Shown: in pieces, positions 58,173 to 64,000 of the stretch
How the letters are laid out: each line of letters opens with the position of its first letter
How positions within the stretch are numbered: position 1 is the stretch's first letter
Assembly: GCA_963662795.1 (NCBI GenBank)
Contig: OY759746.1
Location: 1,504,001 to 1,568,000, forward strand
From: Spirochaetia bacterium
Lineage (GTDB): Bacteria > Spirochaetota > Spirochaetia > CADAEX01
Reading direction: 5' to 3'
DNA length: 64,000 nucleotides
Notes under the pieces: model-generated
Database searches by the model: none
What the model saw: only the letters and a program-made list of their open reading frames with translations
Told to the model about the DNA's origin: nothing
Program-made: the position numbers and the translations under genes

Positions 58173-59423
58173 TTAAGCAGGCATGCCCGGTAAGGTAGAT
58201 CCACCGTACGGCATGATATGAACTCTTGCAAGAGGGCCTTGTTCTTTAATAGCTGTTTCCAGAGCTGTCTGTGGATCAACAAAGGGTATCATAAAAATAT
58301 TCCGTACAAAATCGGGATCCATTCTTGATACCAGGTAAATAGAACTTATTTTCAGAATCAGGGCAATTGCTGCAGCTTTATGCCCACCAAGGATAAAGTT
58401 ACGCTGTATTTCTTCGATCATTTCTTCAGAGTGATTATATTTTATCATCCATTCTTCAAAGGATTCACCACCAAGCCCTTCAGTGCAGGCTGCAATAAGA
58501 ATAATGATACCACCTTCTTTCACTGCATATTTGGCATTATCAAGAGCTTTCTGTGCCTGATAAAGATTGATATCTTTGGGGAATCCTCCAGGACATACCA
58601 CAACAATGTCTGCTTTTTCTTTAAGGGTATACATATAGATACTATCAAGGAAAAGACAGCCCTGCCGGTGGGAAGCCATTGGTTCGCCGGCAAAAACTCC
58701 AATTATATTTTTATTTTCATCCAGAACTACATTAAAAAGAAAATCGATTTTCACAAACTTTGCAACTTCTTCAATGTCGTCCCTAACAGGATTTCCGGTC
58801 AGTGTCCCTGCTTGTGCACCGGGTTTTACCATTAGACTATGGTTTTTCTGTATAGCGGTGAATGTTGACACACCAGGCATAATAGCCTTATACCCGCCAC
58901 TGTAACCTGCAAAATAATGGTATTCAATATTGCCCAAAGCAATAATCCGGTCTGCTTCTGTTACAGGCCTGAAAATATCTACAGGCGTTCCATTGGATGT
59001 TATCCCTAATGATGCTACATTTTCGGGATCACTATCGATACAGTTTATACGGTTAAAGGCTTCGGCCCCTGCCAGCCTTATTTGTTCTTCATGGGTATGT
59101 TTGCGATGGCTACCCAACCCGAATACTAAAGTAATATCTTTATCAGAAACCCCAGCCTTGTTTAATCTTTCAAGAATAGCAGGCAGTACTTTATAAGTAG
59201 GCATGGGCCTGGTAATATCACTTGAAATGATTACTATCTTCTCCCCCTGTTTGACTGCTTCCTCAATTCTGTATGAGTGTATGGGGTTATCCAGGGCATT
59301 GGCTATAATATCTTTTTCATTAAGTCTATTTTCAAACTTACCTGACCGTATAATTTCCCCCATATTCTGTTCAGGAACATTTAGCGGCAAATAACTTTTT
59401 TCAAAACCTAAATTGATTTCCAT
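58173..59423 (-). CDS. larA: LarA family nickel-pincer-dependent 2-hydroxyacid racemase
   Basis: SDITRP, GLGSHR, HYFAGYSGGYK, DINLYQ. Confidence 0.88.
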   Translation of the reverse strand: MEINLGFEKSYLPLNVPEQNMGEIIRSGKFENRLNEKDIIANALDNPIHSYRIEEAVKQGEKIVIISSDITRPMPTYKVLPAILERLNKAGVSDKDITLVFGLGSHRKHTHEEQIRLAGAEAFNRINCIDSDPENVASLGITSNGTPVDIFRPVTEADRIIALGNIEYHYFAGYSGGYKAIMPGVSTFTAIQKNHSLMVKPGAQAGTLTGNPVRDDIEEVAKFVKIDFLFNVVLDENKNIIGVFAGEPMASHRQGCLFLDSIYMYTLKEKADIVVVCPGGFPKDINLYQAQKALDNAKYAVKEGGIIILIAACTEGLGGESFEEWMIKYNHSEEMIEEIQRNFILGGHKAAAIALILKISSIYLVSRMDPDFVRNIFMIPFVDPQTALETAIKEQGPLARVHIMPYGGSTLPGMPA

Positions 59424-59551
59424 TATACTCCCTTTTGGTCTTTGATTGCATATTATGTATTATTAGTAATTCAGAATCAAATTGGTATTTTCCAACCCTA
59501 TTTTTTAAACATGAAGATGCTGGTAAATTATTTCTCTATAGATAGCTGTAA

Positions 59552-60421
59552 TCATAACAATTTAGCAATAATTTCAACCATATCTTCAGTCCCTTCAGCT
59601 ATATGTACACCTGCGGCTTTAAGTTCTGTTTCTTTTTTTTCCGCAGAACCTTCCCCGTCAGGCGAAACTATAGCACCAGCATGTCCCATACTTGTATCTT
59701 TAGGTGCATTTTTACCGGCAATCATTGCTACAACCGGCTTTGTGACATTTTCTTTAATATATAATGCCGCAAGTTCCTCTTCATTTCCACCTATTTCACC
59801 AATTATAACAATAATCCTGGTCTCAGGATCTTTTTCAAAATAGGGCAGAAGATCAGTAAATGTTGATCCAGGTATCATGTCTCCGCCCACTCCTATTACA
59901 GTCGATTGCCCTATTCCACGTTTTTTCAGAAGAAAAGCAGATTCGTAACAATTAGTGGCACTGCGGGACATTATTCCAACATGTCCTGGTAAAAATATAC
60001 TGTGAGCCATAAATCCCGCTTTGGATTTTCCGGGAGAAATTATGCCAAATGAATTCGGACCTATCAGATGGCACCTTTTATCTTTTGCCAGGTGATGGAG
60101 TTTCAGCATTTCGTGTACAGGTACCCCGTCTGCTATTGTTATTACAAGAGGAATTCCTGACATAATTGCTTCGTAAGCTGCCCCATACATAAATCTGGGA
60201 GGTACAAATAAAACTGTAGCATTAGCCCCGGTCATTTCCATAGCCTGCTTAATTGTATTAAAAACAGGAACTCCCAGAATTTTTGTTCCGCCTTTCCCGG
60301 GAGTAACTCCGGCCACAATTTTAGTTCCATATTCAAGCATTTGTTCTGTATGAAAGCTTCCTTCACGGCCGGTAATCCCCTGGATAATCAGGCGGGTATT
60401 TTCATCAATAAAAATACTCAT
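59552..60421 (-). CDS. sucD: ADP-forming acyl-CoA synthetase alpha subunit (succinyl-CoA synthetase-like)
   Basis: QGITGREG, IGPNS, GEIGG, MGHAGA phospho-His motif. Confidence 0.9.
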   Translation of the reverse strand: MSIFIDENTRLIIQGITGREGSFHTEQMLEYGTKIVAGVTPGKGGTKILGVPVFNTIKQAMEMTGANATVLFVPPRFMYGAAYEAIMSGIPLVITIADGVPVHEMLKLHHLAKDKRCHLIGPNSFGIISPGKSKAGFMAHSIFLPGHVGIMSRSATNCYESAFLLKKRGIGQSTVIGVGGDMIPGSTFTDLLPYFEKDPETRIIVIIGEIGGNEEELAALYIKENVTKPVVAMIAGKNAPKDTSMGHAGAIVSPDGEGSAEKKETELKAAGVHIAEGTEDMVEIIAKLL

Positions 60422-61560
60422 TGATATCTCTCCTTTGATAGTATTTTCACCCCGTTTCTAAGTCCCTCTGCCATTTTTATTGATCCCCTGACTTTCCGGA
60501 GTATTTCCAGACCTTTTTCTTTATTGGTTCCTTCCAGTCTGAGCACCAGAAGCGTTTTTCCAAGTTTTTCCATTGCGTTTTCAACTCCCCTGGCTATTTC
60601 ATCGCAACGGGTTATACCGCCGAAAATATTTATAAAAATAGTGTTTACTCTGGGGTTGGATGCGACTATCTGCAATGCCCCGTTAATGCGTTCTGCAGTT
60701 GCTCCGCCCCCAAGATCAAGGGCACAGGTAACTGTCATCCCATTTTTGGAAATAAGATCAATTGAAGACATGATCATACCTGATCCATTGCTGATTACAG
60801 CAATGGATCCTTTATTTTTTACTGGTATATACAAAAACTGGTATTTTCTGGCATTAAGAATAAGTAAGTTGTCTTCCATTTCATCCCTGAAAGACTGAAG
60901 ATCTGGATGCCGGTAAAGCGCATTGTTGTCCACATCTATCTTGCCATCCAAAGCCAATATATTATTTTCATAATCTACAATCAATGGGTTTATCTCTGCG
61001 AGCAGGCAATCCTTCTTGACAAACACTTTATACAGCTTGCTGCAGACATCTCTGAAAGATTGATTATATTTCTTTTCCAAGCCTGTTTTATCGATAGCAT
61101 ACTGGATATAATAATCATCCAGTTCCCGAGCAGGATGAAGAAGCACTTTCACAACTTTTTTAGGATATTTTTCAGCTATTTCATTGATATCTATTCCCCC
61201 TTCGGGGCTGAAAATCATTACCGGGAGTTTGTGCTTCCTGTCCAGAGTGAAGCTTAAGTACATCTCTTTTTTGATTTCCAACTTGCTTGTAATGAACACC
61301 TTTTTTACAGAGAGGTTTTTAATTTTCATTTCAAGAATAGCAGCTGTTTTTTCTTCCATTTCCTTAAAATTACCGGCGAACTGAATTCCTCCTGCTTTGC
61401 CGCGGCCACCTGTCTGCACTTGTGCCTTTATTACAACAGGATAGTTAACCGGCTTTTTTCTGCCATTTAATTCCTGGGAAGAACTTACAACAAATCCTTC
61501 ACTGCAGGGTAGTTCAAAATCGCGGAAAATCTCGTGAGCCTTATATTCCAGCAGTTTCAT
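60418..61560 (-). CDS. sucC: ADP-forming acyl-CoA synthetase beta subunit
   Basis: KAQVQTGGRGKAGG, EINPL, NIFGGITRCD, RLEGTN. Confidence 0.9.
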   Translation of the reverse strand: MKLLEYKAHEIFRDFELPCSEGFVVSSSQELNGRKKPVNYPVVIKAQVQTGGRGKAGGIQFAGNFKEMEEKTAAILEMKIKNLSVKKVFITSKLEIKKEMYLSFTLDRKHKLPVMIFSPEGGIDINEIAEKYPKKVVKVLLHPARELDDYYIQYAIDKTGLEKKYNQSFRDVCSKLYKVFVKKDCLLAEINPLIVDYENNILALDGKIDVDNNALYRHPDLQSFRDEMEDNLLILNARKYQFLYIPVKNKGSIAVISNGSGMIMSSIDLISKNGMTVTCALDLGGGATAERINGALQIVASNPRVNTIFINIFGGITRCDEIARGVENAMEKLGKTLLVLRLEGTNKEKGLEILRKVRGSIKMAEGLRNGVKILSKERYQ

Positions 61561-61565
61561 TTTAA

Positions 61566-62939
61566 CTAATCCTCCAGAGCCCAGATTTCTTCATCAGAGG
61601 GAATGACTGTATTCTTCTTAATACTGGCGACTCTGGTGATATTCAGCAGGTGTTTATAATAAAAATTTTCTGAAATACTATTATTACCCCATGAACCGCA
61701 TCCCAGGGTACTGGTAGGATTAAGACTGTTGTAAAAACTGCCCCCAATATTGGTAGAACATGCCTGATTGACCAATACCCGGCTAACTGGAACTTTTTCT
61801 GCAAGCTGCAGAATATGTTCACTGTTTTCAGAATGAATGACAACCGAATGTCCTTTCCCTTCAATATCAAGGTTCTCTAGAGCTATTTGAATAGCCTGAC
61901 TGAAATCCTTATATTTAAAAGGAGTAATAACAGGAAACATTTTTTCCCTGCGCAGCAGACTGTTTTTATTTGATGCTTCCTCTGGAATTACAATTAGCAA
62001 GGTATCTTCAGGCATCATCACTTCGGCAGCTTTTGCTATGGTCTGTATTTCCTGTCCGACAAGTTTTTTATTTAGTTGCCCTTCGGGAAACAGGGTTGAA
62101 ATCAGTTTCTCTCTTTCTTTAATGTCTGAAACTATATATCCACCATTAGCTCGAAGTTCACTTATAACCTCATCATACAGTTCTTCCGGGGCAATTACAG
62201 TCTGTTCACCTGAACAAATAATGCCATTGTCAAAAATCCGGCCGCTAACAAGTGTGGCCACAGCTTTTTTTAATTCAATGCCGCGGTCAATGATGCATTG
62301 CACATTACCCGCACCTACTCCGAAAGAAGGTTTACCGCTGGAATAAACAGCCTTAACCATTCCTGGGCCCCCCGTGGCCACAGAGACATCCGTCATTTTA
62401 ACCAGTAGATTGGTACGCTCTATAGAAATATCTTCAACACACTGAATAATATTTTCCGGTGCCTTAAGTTTTTTGATTGCTTCATTCCATTGATCTACCA
62501 GATACTTTGTACAGGTTTTTGCCCTTGGATGCGGAGCAATAATAATAGTATTACGTCCTTTAAGTGCTGCCATGGCATTTGCCATAGGAGTTACAATCGG
62601 ATTTGTTGTGGGCTGAATAGCACCAACAACTCCAACAGGCTTTGCGATTTCTATAATTCCCGCTTCCTTATCATTTGAGATAATACCCATTGATTTTTTA
62701 CCCTTGAGGCTATACCACATGATACGGGCTTTCCCCTTATTCTTTTGAGTTTTAAATTCTATACTGCCCATAACAGTTTCGTCATATGCCATTTTGGCTA
62801 GTGGTAATGCATTATCATAAACATACTTGCCAATTTCACGAACAATTCTATCCACAGTTTTCTGATCAAAGGATTCATATTCTTTTAAAGCTATTCGTGA
62901 TTTTTTTACCAAACTCTCAATATACATCCTGTCTTCCAT
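61566..62939 (-). CDS. CoA-acylating aldehyde dehydrogenase (succinate-semialdehyde dehydrogenase-like)
   Basis: PTTNP, ATGGPGMV, GVGAGN, FDNGIICSGEQ, LGCGSWG. Confidence 0.88.
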   Translation of the reverse strand: MEDRMYIESLVKKSRIALKEYESFDQKTVDRIVREIGKYVYDNALPLAKMAYDETVMGSIEFKTQKNKGKARIMWYSLKGKKSMGIISNDKEAGIIEIAKPVGVVGAIQPTTNPIVTPMANAMAALKGRNTIIIAPHPRAKTCTKYLVDQWNEAIKKLKAPENIIQCVEDISIERTNLLVKMTDVSVATGGPGMVKAVYSSGKPSFGVGAGNVQCIIDRGIELKKAVATLVSGRIFDNGIICSGEQTVIAPEELYDEVISELRANGGYIVSDIKEREKLISTLFPEGQLNKKLVGQEIQTIAKAAEVMMPEDTLLIVIPEEASNKNSLLRREKMFPVITPFKYKDFSQAIQIALENLDIEGKGHSVVIHSENSEHILQLAEKVPVSRVLVNQACSTNIGGSFYNSLNPTSTLGCGSWGNNSISENFYYKHLLNITRVASIKKNTVIPSDEEIWALED

Positions 62940-62973
62940 AAAGATCTCCAAAATATTTGTTCTCAATACTTAA

Positions 62974-64000
62974 TTATTTTATTGTAAATTTATTTATTGC
63001 TTCTTCTATAATTTCCAGGCCTGCAGTTATTTGTTCATCTGTTGTTACCAAAGGCATCAGCAGTCTGATCGTCTGATTATAAGAACCAGCATTTTTTAGA
63101 AGTAATCCCTTATATTTGCAAAAGTTAATGATTTTTATTGCAGTTTCTGAGTCAGGTTCTTTTGTTGTCCTGTTCTTAACAAATTCAATCGAAAGCATTG
63201 CACCAATACCCCTGTAAATACCTATTGTTGGATATTTTTTATGCCACTCTGCAAACCGCAGCATACATTTCTCATTTATTCTCATTGCTTTAGCTGCATA
63301 ATTGTCCCGTTTCAATATTTCAATTACTTTTAATGCAGAAGCACATGCCAATGGATTTCCTCCATATGTTCCGCCTATTTCTCCAGATTGCAGAGACTGC
63401 ATGATCTCTTCTTTTGCAGTAACAGCACTGATAGGAAGTCCAGCCGCCAGTGACTTTGCACTTACCAGGATATCTGCATACACATCTTCATCGGCCCAAT
63501 AATCTGTAGCAAACATTCTTCCTGTCCGGCAAAAACCAGTCTGGACTTCATCGGCGATTAATAAAATTTCGTACCGGTCACACAGTTTCCTTAATTGCTT
63601 TATATATCCAGTCGGAGGTGCTATAAAACCATTTTCGCCCTGAATTGGTTCGATAATAAATGCAGCAACACTTTTGGGAGCAAGATAATCCACAAACATA
63701 TACTCCAATTGATTGATATAATGTTTAACAATGTCTTCTTTGGGAATATTTTTATCCGTTCTGTATTCATTGGGAAATTCTGCTCGATGAACACCAGGCA
63801 TAAGCGGTATAAACGAGGCTTTATAAATATTTCCACTAGTTAAAGTCATTGCCATATAGGTTCTTCCATGAAATCCACCTGAAAAAGCAATAATCTCTGT
63901 CCGCCCGGTATATTTTCTGGCTATTTTTACTGCATTCTCAATTGCTTCAGATCCACTATTAAAAAATGCTGTTCTTTTTTTAAAATCCCCGGGAGTAATT
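62974..64000 (-). CDS. gabT: 4-aminobutyrate aminotransferase-like class III aminotransferase (5' end outside window)
   Basis: NSGSEAIENAVKIAR, FHGRT, EPIQGE, DEVQTG, AKSLA, GGTYGG; frame open to the window edge. Confidence 0.85.
   Translation of the reverse strand, partial: ITPGDFKKRTAFFNSGSEAIENAVKIARKYTGRTEIIAFSGGFHGRTYMAMTLTSGNIYKASFIPLMPGVHRAEFPNEYRTDKNIPKEDIVKHYINQLEYMFVDYLAPKSVAAFIIEPIQGENGFIAPPTGYIKQLRKLCDRYEILLIADEVQTGFCRTGRMFATDYWADEDVYADILVSAKSLAAGLPISAVTAKEEIMQSLQSGEIGGTYGGNPLACASALKVIEILKRDNYAAKAMRINEKCMLRFAEWHKKYPTIGIYRGIGAMLSIEFVKNRTTKEPDSETAIKIINFCKYKGLLLKNAGSYNQTIRLLMPLVTTDEQITAGLEIIEEAINKFTIK

Noticed and set aside
208-63843. Many short antisense or nested ORFs in the six-frame track
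   Set aside because: They overlap well-supported genes and show no motifs or RBS; treated as shadow ORFs
1-64000. CRISPR array, tRNA or rRNA genes
   Set aside because: No regularly spaced repeats or recognisable RNA gene sequence seen by eye; the long repeats occur only as pairs

Overview
Gene-dense bacterial chromosomal window, probably from an anaerobic spirochaete (inferred from 'FAGG-x-x-E' signal peptides on the binding proteins and from gene content). I found no rRNA, tRNA or CRISPR array. Contents in order: (1) housekeeping genes at 1-4.6 kb (PP2C/STAS pair, NlpC/P60 lipoprotein, rlmE, prenyl synthase, rhomboid); (2) an RpiR-associated sugar-phosphate cluster at about 4.6-17.5 kb with three alpha-D-phosphohexomutases, a eukaryote-type HAD phosphomannomutase-like protein, three more HADs, a TIM-barrel isomerase, an orphan ABC ATPase and a PfkB kinase; (3) MoxR/DUF58, add, hydrolases, leuCD, an Lnb-like acyltransferase and an M6 protease with an internal membrane hairpin; (4) a marR-MATE pair embedded in IS3-family debris with a 52/53-bp repeat; (5) a LysR / Prune-type DHH phosphatase / CYTH-like enzyme / tripartite tricarboxylate transporter locus, a candidate polyphosphate uptake and hydrolysis system, interrupted by a decayed DUF4160-DUF2442 module between 133/132-bp direct repeats; (6) a DeoR-linked polyol catabolic and ABC cluster; (7) a minus-strand run gabT - CoA-acylating semialdehyde dehydrogenase - sucCD - larA - malic enzyme. 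Family calls come from motif recognition by eye; no database searches were run.
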